A stretch of DNA of 64,000 bases from Leucoraja erinacea (GCF_028641065.1 NC_073381.1:83886001-83950000), one strand, 5' to 3'; shown: positions 49,943 through 63,612, numbered from the stretch's first letter. Translations and numbers: made by a program. The notes: a model not told the origin generated them from the sequence alone.

Positions 49943-50605
49943 ATTTCGAGTTTATTGTCATATGAATAAATATGATGAGGTACAAGTATAATGAAAATCT
50001 TGCTTGCAACAGCATCTCTGGACATAGACTCAGCCAACACATAAACATGGTGGGAAGAGTATGTCCGTGATGGACAGCGCTCAGTCCACCATTCTCTGCA
50101 GCTTTTTACATTCCTGTGCGTTGGAATTGCTGCCATGATGTAATCAGTCAATATATTTTCTACAGTACATCTATAGAGGTTTTTTGGTGAATATTTGATG
50201 ACATGTCGAATCTCTTTAAAACCTTTAAGAAAATAGAGGTGCTGGTCATGCCTTCCTTGTGATTACATTGATGTTCTGGACCCAGGACAGGTCACTTGAG
50301 ATGTTAACGCCATTCATTTCAAACTACTAACTGGCTCCCCCACCGACCTAAGAATGAAATCGGGCAGGTGGTTTTCCAACTTCCCCGTTCTGAAGTCGAC
50401 GATTAGTTCCTTGGTCTTGTTGACATTGAGTGAAAGCGGGTTGCTGTGACATCACTCATCCAGGTGCTCTGTCTCTCACCTGTAATCTGGCTCATTTGAT
50501 ACGATAGAACTTTATTCATCCCCGGAAGGAAATTGCTCATCACCACTCGCTAATTTTAGAGCTGTGCTTAGCCTCATAGTCATGCCTGTAAAGGGAGTAG
50601 AGCTG
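49943..50605 (-). mobile_element. Rex1/Babar LINE fragment (decayed)
   Basis: Remnants ctttcactcaatgtcaacaagaccaaggaactaatcgtcgacttcag (LNVNKTKELIVDFR) on the - strand. Confidence 0.7.
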
Positions 50606-50756
50606 TAAGGAGATCAAATTCGGCTCTCCAATTTCTCCACGTAACCAAAGTCCCTCATCTCTGAGTAACTTCCAGAGAATTCTGTCACGTCCACCTGTAA
50701 GAATTGGCCAATAGCTGTGATGGCCTATTAGAGAAACTAGCCAACTTCATGATCAA

Positions 50757-51047
50757 TGTGTAAGAAGGAACTGCGGATGCTGGTTTAAACCAAAGATAGA
50801 CACAAAAATCTGGAGTAACTCAGCAGGGCAGGCAGCGTCTCTGGAGAGAAGGAATGGGTGACGTTTCGGGTTGAGCCTTCTTCAGACCGGTCATATAGCC
50901 ATGATCACAGTGAATGGTGGTGCTGGCCTGACGGGCCAAATGGCCTACTCCTGCACCTATTGTCTATTGAAACGTTCACCCATTCCTTCTATCCAGAGAT
51001 GTTGCCTGTCCCACTAAGTTACTCATGTTTTTTGTGTCCATCTTTAA
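50757..51047. mobile_element. Inverted Penelope pseudo-LTR pair (hammerhead motif 50860-50885, - strand) with a CR1 tail between
   Basis: gacgtttcgggttgagccttcttcag; CR1 3' end at 50893-50968. Confidence 0.65.
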
Positions 51048-53288
51048 CTTCATGGTCAATGTCCTCTTCCCTGAAAGGATGCTCCCAAGGACAAGTGCCA
51101 CAGATGCTCTTAACAGTAAAGTCCACTGGGAAGATGCACTCACTCATTGTCAGCACCCTCTCCAACATCCCCAGTATCGGGGCCCTAGTCAGAAGCAGAC
51201 TCTCTATTCTGAGAGAAAACGCAAAGTACTGGAGTAACTCAGTGGGTCAGGCAGCATTGGTTGAGGGGGTGAGTGCACAGATGCTGCTTTGGGTGGGGGC
51301 CCTCCAGGCTGATCATGGTTGGGGAGAGAAAACTGGAAAAGAGGTTGAGCCGGGACAAAGCCGGCCAAGTGATGCAGGTGAGGTGGCTATGATTTGATTA
51401 GATAGCACACATACAAATGCTTTCACTGTATCAGTACATGTAATAATAATAATGCAATATTAATACCTGATTCTCAGAACAAGCTGTTCCAAGCTCCTCG
51501 CTATTTAAAATATCTCCCTTCAATCTCTCCCTTAATCATGTGTTCTAATGAATCTGTTGGCTGATTTCTCCTGTTCTCTGGCACCACTTCCTCATTCCAG
51601 CCAGTGTCTTATGAAGTGTGCTGTACCTTTACCATTGGTTGATCATCCCAGCCGATGCTCTGAGCCCAAATATGATAATTCTTCAAGGGAGGGAAGTTTT
51701 CCTGAGGCTGGTTTATGAGATCATAAGTCGTGGAAGCAGAAATAAGCCATTCGGCCCATCAAATCTACTCTGCTATTCAATCATGGCTGCTCTATCTTTC
51801 CCTCTCAACCCCATTCTCCTGCCTTCTCCCCAAAACCCTTGACAACCTGACTACCTTACTGATCTTCAGTCCGAGTGGTGGGAGAGTTTGGGAGTGTGAT
51901 GAGGATGGGGGGAGGGGGAGGACAATGATACCTCAGAGTGTGAAGACATGGGGTTGTGGTGGGCTTTGGGTTATGGAGGTATAATGGGGGGGTGGGGAGG
52001 TTGTGTGGAAAGGGGTGACAGGCAGTGGAAGGGTATTGGGGTGAACAGCAGGAGGATGTGGGAGTGGGCTGGTATTGCAGGGGCCACAAGGTTGGTGTTT
52101 TGGACAGGCAATGTGGAGGAGAGGTTGATGAGAGTCGGTGGGGGTGATGGGCGATTGTGGTTAGGTGGGGGGGGCTTAGCTGTGAGGTGGGGATATCGTG
52201 GTGTTGGAGGGGACGGTCAGGGGAAAGGTCTGAGTGAGTGAAAACTGGACATGATATTGATGAAAGCTTTAAGGTCCGGACGGCTTTGTCTTTGTGACTT
52301 GACAGCAAAAATCCCTGCTTCCTAAAAACCCGGAATTGCACGAACATTCCTTCAAATAGCATCTACCCTCGTGGTGTTGCTCCGTGTGGCCTGTGAATGT
52401 GGCTACTTTCTGGGCTGTGAGCACGGGTCCCTAATCCCTGAACCGGAGCCTGAGCTGCAGGACCCAGGGAGGAAGCGCAGCACCACAGCTGCTGCTTTTT
52501 CCGGAGTCATTCAACTGCACAGAGTTAAACCAATCCCATGGCATTGTCTGAGGAGCAGCTGTGAATTCTCTGTCCCACAGTCATCCCTCCTTTGACCTCG
52601 CTGCATAAACATTACCTGCCCATTTATTTCAGGGCTGTTTCTGGGGCCTTGCTGTGTACAAACACAGAGGGTGAGGCGATTTTCCTATATCACCCTATTG
52701 CTGACACTTGGAAAGTATTTAATTCTGTGTACGTTGTTTCTGGATATGTAGAGCTGCCAAACAGTGTCGTGTAAATGGAAATGTACGAACACAAACAGGA
52801 GTGGCCCAAACAGGAGTGGCAGGAGTGGCCCATAAAAAATTGAAAAGCACCACCTGCTTCCAGATGAATGTACTCGTGGCCCTGCTGCTTCCAGTCTGGG
52901 ATGGTGCTTGACACTATGTTGGTGAATGCATTCACTTGTAACCAGGCTGTCCGACCAGTAACCCCACCCCTGTCCCAAGGATCCTTTCCCTCATCTCCCC
53001 CCTCCCTCATTCCGAGGAAACATGGCAGGTTTCCTCAAATTCCGATGAGAGATTGGGAATTGTTCCCTGCATTTCAAATGAACAGTAAATCAAAGGATAG
53101 AGAGGTTCTGTGTGCCTGTTTGGGGAGTGGGTAGTGGAGGCAGGTTGCGTCTGGACATGGGGTGGGGGGTGGGAGTGGGGGTTGGTTTTGTTGGTGCGGA
53201 GGGTGGTTGGGCAAGGGATTGGTTGGGTCTGCTAGAGGAGGAACATTGCGGAATTGCAGCTAAATTATCTTCTACGTTTTCCTTCCAG

Positions 53289-53422
53289 TGCTGATGTGCC
53301 GTGGTAAAGCTGTGAGGAATTTCGTGGGTCCCGACTGCCGCTTCCTCAAGTTCAAAACGGGGGAAACCATTTACGTTTATTATAAGTTGGCAGGGAAGAG
53401 GAATGACCTTTGGGCGGGAAGT
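53289..53422 (+). CDS. MIA3: MIA3 exon 2
   Basis: cag|(L)LMCRGKAVRNFVGPDCRFLKFKTGETIYVYYKLAGKRNDLWAGS|gtaagt. LM.RG and YVYYKLA favour MIA3 over MIA2/OTOR/MIA. Confidence 0.92.
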
Positions 53423-54537
53423 GTAAGTAGCGCTTTCAGGTATCCCACGCTCTCTCTGTCTTCCTCTCTGCACCTTCTCCAGTGTGAACATGTCTTTCCT
53501 ACAGTGTTGTGATCAGAACTGCACACAGTACTCCAGTGAAGTCTGACCATCATTTTATAAAGTTGGAGCACAACCTCCCTGCTCTTACAATCCCCTAATT
53601 AAAGGACAGTCTCTTCTATGGTTTCCATCATTATACCCTCAAGGATGTTTGACTTGTACACCAACATCCCACTGATTCTCAAAAACTTTCAAAGACAGTA
53701 TCATTCATGGTCAAAGTCTCAGCCTTGTTAGTGCTCCACACATGTATCCTCGCTTTTATCTGGATGATAATCCACCGGCTATTCCTCAGCCTATTTCACC
53801 ATCATGTAGATGCGACATGTTGGTTGGTGTGGGTAAGTTGGGCAGAAGGGCCTATTTCCATGCTGCATGTCTCCATGTCCCTGCATGTCTCCATGACTTT
53901 CTGTGACATTGATATCACTCTTGTCCAAGACTGTTGTCCACGCTGCCAGCAACTCCACCAATACTCATGCTATCTGCATTCTTGCTGATCATGTCTCCTA
54001 CATGCACATGTAAATTATTTACGCATATTACATTCATTCACAAAAACAACCCTCTGTTGGATCCAGTTTACCAACCTGCCCTGGATCCCACGTGTCCTAA
54101 CCTTTTTGATCAGTCTCCCATGTGGGATTTAGAGAAAAGCCCTACTGAAGTCCATGTAAACCACATCTACCACACTGCCCTTGTCAATACACTTTGTGAC
54201 TTCCTCGTAAAATTCACTCAGATTGGTCAGACACATTGTCATGTTCCCCATCCCAGCACCCTCTCAAACAGCTGGATCCAGTGGTTGGCATATTTTGTGA
54301 CACGGCTGGGTAGGTGGATCGACAGTGATTGCTCTCCATTCAGCCTGGATTTAATTGCCATTTATTACTAACATTTAAGTATTGTTCGTTATAGTGGGAA
54401 AAACAAACCAACGCCACTCATCCTAAAAATTCAATTGCAATATGGCCACAATCTGTAAAGACGTTTTGTAAAGCTGCAGTGTGGTTATAATAAAATTATA
54501 AAAGCACCAAGGATAGAACAATCATAAAGATATATAA

Positions 54538-54835
54538 GGATGGCACAGTGGCACAGTGATGGAGCTGCTACCAAACAGCGCCAGAGACCCGGGTTTGACC
54601 CCACTACAGATGCTGTCTAAACGGCATTTGTATGTTCTCCCCATGACCACATGGATTTTCTCTGGGAACCCCTGTTTCCTCCCACACTCCAAAGACGTTT
54701 GTAGGTAAATTGGCTTCAGTAAAAATTGTAAATTGCCCCTAGTGTGTAGAATAGTACTAGTGTACGAGGATCGCTGGCAGACGCGGATTTGAGGGCCGAA
54801 GTGTCTGTTTCTGTGCTGTATCTCTTAGGTCTAAA
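54538..54835 (+). mobile_element. tRNA-derived SINE
   Basis: TGGCACAGTGG head, GGGTTTGACCCC B box, CR1-like tail. Confidence 0.75.
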
Positions 54836-55167
54836 GTAAACATGGTGTACAGTGCCTTTCACTGTGCATAACATCAGTAAATAGACGTGTTCTAATCATA
54901 TTCTAAATATCTGTGACTAAACTAAAAATAGTTATATGGTGGCTCGTGCATGCATGTATGTATTTTGATACTTTAACATTGTAGAAGCTAAGAATACATC
55001 ACATTGCTATACATTTCTAATTGTTCACCCATAGCTTGTGTTGTGACCTGCCTATGTAAGTACTCCCAAGAAATCTGCACATTGAATTGTGTGCACTGTA
55101 GTCGGGGGTATATGCAACAAGCCACATGGGGAAGTGATAGAAACAGCTACAGGTGGTATGTGTCATG

Positions 55168-55462
55168 TGGCCCAGTGGTAGAGTTGCTGCCTTACAACGC
55201 CAGAGACCCAGGTTTGATCCTGACTACGGGTGCTGTCTGTACGGAGTTTGTACATTCTCCCCCGTGACCGCGTGGGCTTTCTCTGGGTGCTCTGGTTTCC
55301 TCCCACACTCCAAAGACCTGTGGGTTTGCAGGTTTATTGGCTTCTCTAAATTACAGATTGTCACCAGCCTGTAGGAAAGTGCTGGTATACAGGGTGATCG
55401 CTGGTCGGCACGGACTCGGTGGGCTGAAGGGCCTGTTTCTGCGCTGTATCTCTAAACTAAAT
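55168..55462 (+). mobile_element. tRNA-derived SINE
   Basis: tggcccagtggtagagttgctgcc..ggtttgatcctg..gggcctgtttctgcgctgtatctctaaactaaa. Confidence 0.8.
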
Positions 55463-57899
55463 AAAATACGAGATTTGAAAGCAATTTGGACAAGCACATG
55501 AATACGTAAGCTTTGAACCAATAAGTGGCAAGCAAGCAGAACTAGTTCAGTTAGCCAAATGGGACGATCTGGACGATTTGATTGGAAGGGCTCGTTTCTG
55601 GGCTGTATAGCTTTATGTCTATGACAAAGCCTATCTGTTGGAAGGAATTTTGTGTTTAACCTGTATCCTGAATCTGACTTTGCGTGGGGCCCAGTTACCC
55701 TCTCAATTATGACTCGGATAGGAACAGACACAAAGAATATCTCGCAGAGCAGTGATGAGTTTCTCAAACAAGTCGGTTTATTCAAGGAGTTAAAGTACAC
55801 ACTGGTAAACACTGGTAAACACTCTGGCATAGTTTCAAAGATCCACAGCACCCACAGCATTATTATGTTCTCACAACACAATGGTTACATGGTGATTTTA
55901 CACTTTTCAAACAATTCACCGTTAATCAAAATGTCTCTGTTGCCTTTCACCTTTGTTTTTCCTCAAAATTATCTTTAATGTCCAGTTTATAGAAAACCAT
56001 TCTACCATTTATCTAACAAATGGGCGCAATAAAAGGTACTATTTCCTGATGTTTTATCGCCCCCAAATTGGTTTACAACCCTCAAGGTTGATTTTAACTT
56101 TAAACTATGCCGTGGTATCTACACACCTGATAAATTTATTTATTGCCTCTCCTAACATTCGACAACGATAATGATGAAGTTCCTTCTCTTTGTTGTCTCT
56201 TTTCCCATCATGCTCCTCCAGTATGTAAGCTCTTGGGTTAAACATATTACAAACTCATCTTTCTTATAATTCTCAGAATTTCCTACATCACTATCTTTGA
56301 CTCTTTCCAAGTAATCTTTAATCCTGTCCCACAGATTTTATTTTTTGTAAGTTCCCTACTACTGATGTCCTCCTGACATTGGCACGGATGAGTTGCATGG
56401 CCAGTTTCCATGCTGTACGACTCTGTCTGGTACTTCACTTGCAGCCAGCGAAGATTTAAAATCTCAATCAGAGCTCCAGCAAGCACTCTGGCCCAGCAGG
56501 GTTTTGTGTGAAGCATCGTGAAATAAACTGACCCTCCTCTGTCTGTAGTAGTTTCTAGACATTACATATTTTGTTGTGCTGCAGCAAGTAAGAATTTCAT
56601 TGTTCTATCTGGGACACATGACAATAAAACACTCTTGACATTAAAGAAAAAGTTCATGTTTCATCAGTGATGGAGTTGGTGCTCTTGACCGTGACATCAT
56701 TCAGATTGAGCAGGAGACAGGAAACTTCAGATGCGATAAAACAATCTGCTAGAGGAACCCAGTAGGTCAAGCAACATCTGCAGAGGGTATTGGATAGTCA
56801 ACGGCTCAGGATGAACCCTTTGTCAGTGCAGTGGAAGGGACTTGATCCAAGATATCGATTGTCCACGTCTCTTCACTGATGTTGCCCAACCTGCTGAGTT
56901 CCTCCAGCAGATTGATTTTTTTTTTTCCCCCCAAAGTGACCAGGTGTTTAAATACATTATTAATCACAGGTTGCGTGAACCTCTACATGTGGGAGCTCAG
57001 TTGTAATATCCTGTTGGAAGCGACCCAACAGGAAGTATGGGGTTTCCACATCCTGAAATTAAAAAACGGAATCCTGAAACATAAACAGAAAATACTGGAA
57101 ACACTCAGCGAGTCAGGCAGTGTCTGCGGAGAGAGAAACAGATTTAAAGTAGTATTTCTGGTTGAAGACCCTTGATCAGAACTGGGAAAGGGGAGTGATG
57201 AAGAGACCTTGACCTTAATTGTTAACTATTTTTCTTTTTGCATCACACAGTGTTTTGGGGAGAGGGGGAACACACAAAATATTCTGGAAAAAAGAAGGGA
57301 AAAGGAGACAAATTTGTGTGTGCTATAAAAACAATATCCATTTTAGATACCAGGTTGCCAGTGAAACCTGGATCCTCTCCAGTAGATGCTGCCTGACCAA
57401 CTGTGTGTTTCTATTATTGACTGGTTAGAGGCATAGAGCACAGAAACGGCCTTTTGATCCATCACGTCCACACTGTCCTTTTTCTGCACTAATCTGCAGT
57501 TGTCCTTTCATCTGCACTAATCCCAGTTGTCTGCATTAGGTCCATTTCCTTCCATGTTTTTCATATTTAGGTGTCTGTCTAAATGTCTCTTTGGTGCAGT
57601 GATTGTATCTGATTCCGCAATCTCCTCTGGCAGTGCTCCAGAATTCAACCACTCTGTGTAAACAAACCATTTTACCTCAAATCACCTTTAAAACTCATTC
57701 TCTTCACCTTAAACCTATGCCCTCTTGTTTTTGATACCTGACCATGGGACATATATTCTACCTATCCTATCTATGGTTCTGATAATGTGGTGCAACTCTA
57801 TCAAGTCATCCCTCAGCTTCTTTCATTCCAGGGAAATCAAGCCCCGCCTGTCCAATCTCTCCCCACAAGTAAAGCCCTCAGATCCAGGCATTAATCTGA

Positions 57900-58778
57900 T
57901 GAACAGGGACAGAGTCCCCCTAGTCCTTACCTTTCATACCATCAGCCGTCGCATATAACACATAATCCTCTGAAATATCCACCACCTCCAGCGGGATCCC
58001 ACCACTAGCCACATTTTCCCATCTCCACCCCTTTCCGCCTTCCTCAGAGACCGTTCCCTCCGCAACTCCCTGGTTAACTCATCCCTTCCCACCCAAACTA
58101 CCTCCTCCCCAGGTACCTTCTCCTGCAACCGCAGAAGATGCAACACCTGTCACTATACCTCCTCCATCGATTCTGTCCAGGGACCCTGACAGTCCTTTCA
58201 GGTTAGGCAGAGATTCACTTGTACCTCCTCCAACCTCATCTACTGTGTCCGTTGTTCATCAGTGAGACCAAACACAGACTGGGCGATCGTTTCACAGAAC
58301 ACCTTCGCTCAGCTCGCCTGAACCTACCTGATCTCCCGGTTGCCGGACACTTTAATTCTCCTTCCCATTCCCACAGACCTTTCTGTTCTAGGTCTCCTCC
58401 ATTGCCAGAGTGAGGCTAAACGCAAATTGGAGGAACATCATCTCATACTTCGCTTGGGCAGCTTACAGCCCAGTGGCATGAATATTGATTTCTCTCACTT
58501 CAGGTAGCCCCAGCATTCCCTCTCTCTCTATCCCTCCCCCACCCAAGTTGCACTAGCTTTTCACTTTCACCCTACAAACAGCTCACCTGTTTCCTTTATC
58601 ATCGTTACTTTTTTGCATATCTTCCATTCATTGTTCTTTATCTCTCCACATCACCTTCTATATCTCTCGTGTCCCTTATCCATAACCAGTCTGAAGAAGA
58701 GTTTTGACCCGAAACATCACCCATTCCTTCTCGCCAGAGATGCTGCCTGTCCCGCTGAGTTACTCCAGCTTTTTGTGT
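57900..58778 (+). mobile_element. Penelope-like element 3' part (linker, GIY-YIG, pseudo-LTR)
   Basis: RDRVPLVLTFH and SETKHRLGDRFTEHLRS..PVAGHFNSPSH; hammerhead motif at 58691-58718. Confidence 0.88.
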
Positions 58779-59540
58779 GCAACAATCTGATGAATCTCCT
58801 CTGCACTCTCTCCAGCACAAACACATCCTTCCTATAGTGTGGTGACCAGAACTGCACACAATACTCTGTGGCTTAAATGTTTTGTGAAATTGTAACATAA
58901 CATCACAAATTTCAAATTCCATGCCCGAAATAACCCTGTATTGGGGAGGCAGTCGAGAATCTTGTGGGTCTGGAGTCATAAAGACCAGTTCAGGCAAATC
59001 GGGAGCCGTGAAGAATATTAGTAAACCAACAGGCTTTTGCTGTTCAACAAACAATCTGTTGGAGGATCTCGGCGAGTCAAGCAGCATCTGTGTGGTCGGG
59101 GTGGGGAGAGGAATTGTTGATGTTTCTGATCAAAGCCCTGCATCTGGATTAAGAGTGGAGAGGGAAGATAGCTGGTATGAAGAGGGAAGTGGGGAGGTGT
59201 GGGGGAGGAGGGGAGAAGAGATGGAGATACAGGGACCTGTGGGTGAGTGGTGGACTGGGGAAGGATGAAGAATGGCAGGTGTTGTAGGGAAAGGGGAAAC
59301 ATGGAGTTGGAACAGGCATGGTTTGGGTGACAGGTCAACAATTTTTTGAAACTCCAGATTCGGTCATGTCACATAATTACTTTTTGTGACATTTTATATG
59401 AAATAAACTGCTTTATTTAGTAAAGGAAGAGGAGTGGGTGGAGTGGAAGTTTTACACTGCTCTTGGCTCGTCTCATCGGGGAACATGTTTACACTCTTTA
59501 TTGTTGCAACGTTGCTTGATATGAATTTTTTCTGTTGCAG

Positions 59541-59627
59541 GTGGGGAGCCAGTTTGGATATTTTCCCAAAGAGCTGATTGATTTAAACCTAGTGTACTCG
59601 ACTACTGAGGTGGAGTTGCCAGCTGAG
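59541..59627 (+). CDS. MIA3: MIA3 exon 3
   Basis: cag|VGSQFGYFPKELIDLNLVYSTTEVELPAE|gtgagt; matches human VGRTFGYFPKDLI. Confidence 0.92.
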
Positions 59628-61967
59628 GTGAGTGCAGGTTCCCCGTCTGCCTGCATGCAAGTGTTGCGGTGTCGAAGGAAGGATTTGGTATTAGGATGCT
59701 TCTTGTGAAGCTGGGGTTCCAGACTAAGGTCCACGTGTCTGTGGTGCTTCCTCTCAGCAAACCCCTCACGTTTACTGCTGTTGTTGAATTAATTACTTCT
59801 GTTGCAGTTTACACATGGAGTACACAGTGATGTAGACGCACTGTTCTCCTTTAACAGGCTGCCTGTATGTATTTCAGGATTTAATAATGAAGAGTGGTGG
59901 ATGGGGAGGGGGCTGGAGGAGGGAGGAAAGCAAAAGCAGAAGAATGTATGAAATGGATCAGGCAACACCGCCTCTGAGCCTGCTCCACTGTTCAAAAGCA
60001 TGATGACTTTGGCGTTGTTTTCCTGCACGGTCCCCATATCCATCTTATCTTCTCACATCCAGGAATCTTTTGCTTTCTGCCTTGAACAGATATATATATA
60101 TATATAGAGCTTTATTTCAGACACAGGTCCATATAACACATCATACAGTATAAGGAGATACATTAAAAATTGCATATTAGCCTATAAGATATACAAGCTA
60201 TTGCACCAATGCCATCTTAGCCTAGAAGTGAATCTATAGCAGCTTTTCAGAGGGCTATAGATGTGCAGATTGAGTGCCTGAACCTCCACAGCCCTCAGGT
60301 GGAGAGTTCCATCCATTCACCACTCTCCCATTGCAGATATTTGTCCTCACTATTGTTAACATCCACAACCCAAGAACCTGAGCCTTGGTTCCAAACGGTC
60401 TTTCTTCATCCACCCTGGCATTTCTCTGCCTTTAACGTAGCAGATTGAAAAACTCTCCCCTTCCATAGATTACAGATTGAAAAAGTAGCAAGCCACTTCC
60501 TTGTAACACTGGAGCCTGCCACAGAGGATTTACAAAAACCTTTGTAAAAGCAAGTATTTTGGGAACATTTCCCCCTTGGAGAGGATGCTGGGGGTTGTTT
60601 GAACTAAGGACAGAGAAGAGCCCCATTTCCCCACCCTCCCCTCCCACACCAGCCCAATCTTAAGGAAAACAAAACAGATGTCTCTATTCTCCACCCCCCC
60701 CTCGGGCTGCCTCCTCTCCGGTTCACTCAGCTCTGCATTTTCTTTCAAACCCTGCCAAATCTCCCTTGCGGAATCTGCAAGGGTGTCCTTGAGGAAGTTG
60801 TTTGCTGATATTTCCAGAGGATCCTTGGTTGAGTTTGCAAAGGAATGTGGAGGCTGGTGAGATGGTGTTTGTAGAGGAAGAGTTGGGTAGGGGCACAGTG
60901 CCAGTATTTGTGGAGAATATTCCAAAGGTGGGGAACATTGCTACTTGCTGGGGATGCCCCAGGCTGGTGGGGGGTGGGGGTGTTTGAAGTGGGGGGAATT
61001 GTGCAATGCTGGCATTCCAGGGAGTTGCAGTATAGGTAGCTGTGCTGGTGTTGTGCAGGGTGGTCCCAGGCAGGAAGGGGTGTTGGATCTTCTGTGGGTT
61101 GTGTAGGTTATTCCCAGAGTGAGTAATGGAGGAGTTCTGTTGCTAGTCAGCTGGCCCACCAGATAATTTGGCCATGTGTTCATTCCCTGCTGTGATCCCC
61201 CCCCTTCCCCAGTGAATCCCAGCACAGCCTGTACATCACCTCAGCCCCCACACACTGGTGTTGTTTTATACTTTACTATCGCCACCTGTACTGAGATACA
61301 GTGAAAAGCTTTGTTAGTGTGCTATCCAGTTAAATCGTACTATACATGACCACAGTAAAGCCGTACACAAGTAAAATGAGTAGCGCAAAGAAAATAATCA
61401 GAGTGTAGAATATAGTGTTACAGCAGTAGATTGCTACAGTTTTTTTTAAAGTGCAAGGGCTACAATGAGGTAGGTTGGGAGCGCGGGATGGGGCGGATCG
61501 TAGTCTGATTACAGTGGGGAAGGAGCTGTTCTTGAATCTGCTGGAATGTGCTCTCAAGCTTTTGTATCTGCTGATTTACGGGAAAGGGGAAAAGATGGAA
61601 TGCCCGGGGTGCAAAGTGTCTTTGATTTTGTCGGGTGCTTTCCTGAGGCTGCGTGTAGATAGAGTGGGTAGGAATGGGGCGTGGATGGGGCAGGCTGGTT
61701 TGTGTGATGGACATGGAGATGAACACTCTGAGACGTGCTAAGCTTAGACCGAGAACAGAACTCCTCTGTGCACTCCCCTTGGCTGTTTGTCCCCACACCT
61801 TAGGAAGCACAAGGAAAATTGACCACATTTAAAGACTCAACATTTGTCTTTACCAAAACACGATAATCAAGAGCTAGTGAGAGTGTGGCAATCAACCCTG
61901 TAGCATGATCTGTTGGGTTCCTACCTGGCAGCTTTACAAGTGAAATCTGGTCATTTCATAGGGCAAA

Positions 61968-62685
61968 GGTTTCAAACTCTTTTATTATCACATATACCAA
62001 TCAAGGTACAGTGATATGTGAATCACCATACAGCCATACGAAGGGTAAAAAAAGACAAAGAAAGCACAAGACACACAACTACATAAAAGTGAACATAAAC
62101 ATCCACCTCAGCAGATTCCCCACATTTCTCTCTGGGTTTGAAGGCAAAAAAGTCCAACTTCTTCCTTATTCTGCGATCGAAGCTCCCGCAGCCGGCAGTC
62201 GAAGCGGCCGCATCGGGGAGATCGAAACTCCCACGTCGGGCGATTGAAACTCCCACGTCGGAGCAGTTGAAGTTCCTACGGATTGGAGTTCCCGAATTCG
62301 GTCTCTGACCAGAGACAGCGGGCTTTGTGATGTTAAGTCCGCAAGCACCCACGATTGGAGCTCCGAGGTCGATCCCTGGCAAAGGGATCACGGGCTCCGC
62401 GATGTTAAAGTCCCGTGGGCTCCCCGCGGTGGAGTTCTCAAAAGTTGGACTCCAGCAAAGGCTGTCAACTCCTCGATGTTAGGCCGCACTGTGGACGGAG
62501 ATACGACACGGGAAAAAATAGCGTCCCCGTTGAGGTAAGAGACTAGAAAAAGTTTCCCCCCCCCCACATAAAGTAATCTAAAGAACACTAAAACATACAT
62601 TTAACACATTCTATTCAAACACAAAGAAGGAAGGGACAGACAGACTGTTGGCGAGGTAGCCATTGCTGGCGCTACCCGGTGGATG
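61968..62685 (-). mobile_element. Second, divergent GC-rich non-autonomous retroelement
   Basis: Same architecture as 1664-2547: CATCC..GGTAG head, poly-G+AAACTTTT, CpG-rich middle, GGATGTTTATGT, TATGGCTG, 3' stem-loop plus AATAAA. Confidence 0.6.
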
Positions 62686-62909
62686 AAGTGCTACAAGTGC
62701 TGGGCTTTGGCACTAATGCACAAAAGGGACTGTTTGCATGCGGAGCTTGTTTTTAAACAGCATTGTTAATCAGTCAGCTGAACTGTTTAAGGATGGTGAA
62801 ACTGGAGCACTTGGAAGAGACACTTGGTGGGAAGAACATGCAAACTGGGATATATATGGACACAAAAGCGGACCTTGGGATGGGGTGGAGGAGAGCAACT
62901 TGAGATAGA

Positions 62910-63612
62910 GCACTCGGAGTGCTGGTGCAGGATTCCCAAAAGGTTACTTTGCAATTTGAATTGGTAGTGAGGAAGGCAAGTGCAATGTTAGCATTCATTT
63001 CGAGAGGACTAGAATATAAAGACGGGGATGTCATGCTGAGGCTTTATAAGGCATGTCATTTATAAGGCACATTTGGAGTATTGTGAAATGTTTTGGGCCC
63101 CATATCTGAAGAGAAATGTGCTGGCATTAGAGAGCGAGTTCAGAGGAGGTTGACTCAAAAGATTTCAAGGATGAATGGGTTAATATTTATGATGAGTATT
63201 TAATGGCTCTGGGCCTGTACTTGCTGGAGTTTGGAAGGATGAGGAGGAACCTCATCGAAACTTACCGAATAATGAAAGGCCTGGAGAGAGTGGATGTGGA
63301 GAGAATGTTTCCACTAGTGGGAGAATCTGGAATCACAGGGAAAAGCCTCAGAATAAAAGGACGTACCTTTAGAAAAGCGATGAAGAGGAATTTCTTTAGC
63401 CAGAGTGTAGTGAATGTGGAATTCATTGCTGTGAGACAGCTGTGGAAATCATTAAGTATTTTTAAAGTGGAGATTGACAGGGCCTTGATTAGTATGGCTG
63501 TCAAAGGTTATGGGGAGAAGGCAGAAGATTGTAGTTGAGAGGAAAAAATAGACCAGCCATAATTGAATGGCAGAGTAGACTTGTGCCGAATAGCCTACTT
63601 CAGCTCCTATGA
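62910..63612 (+). mobile_element. CR1 LINE 3' fragment
   Basis: LGLYLLEFGRMRRNLIETYRIMKGLERVDVERMFPLVGES. Confidence 0.85.
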
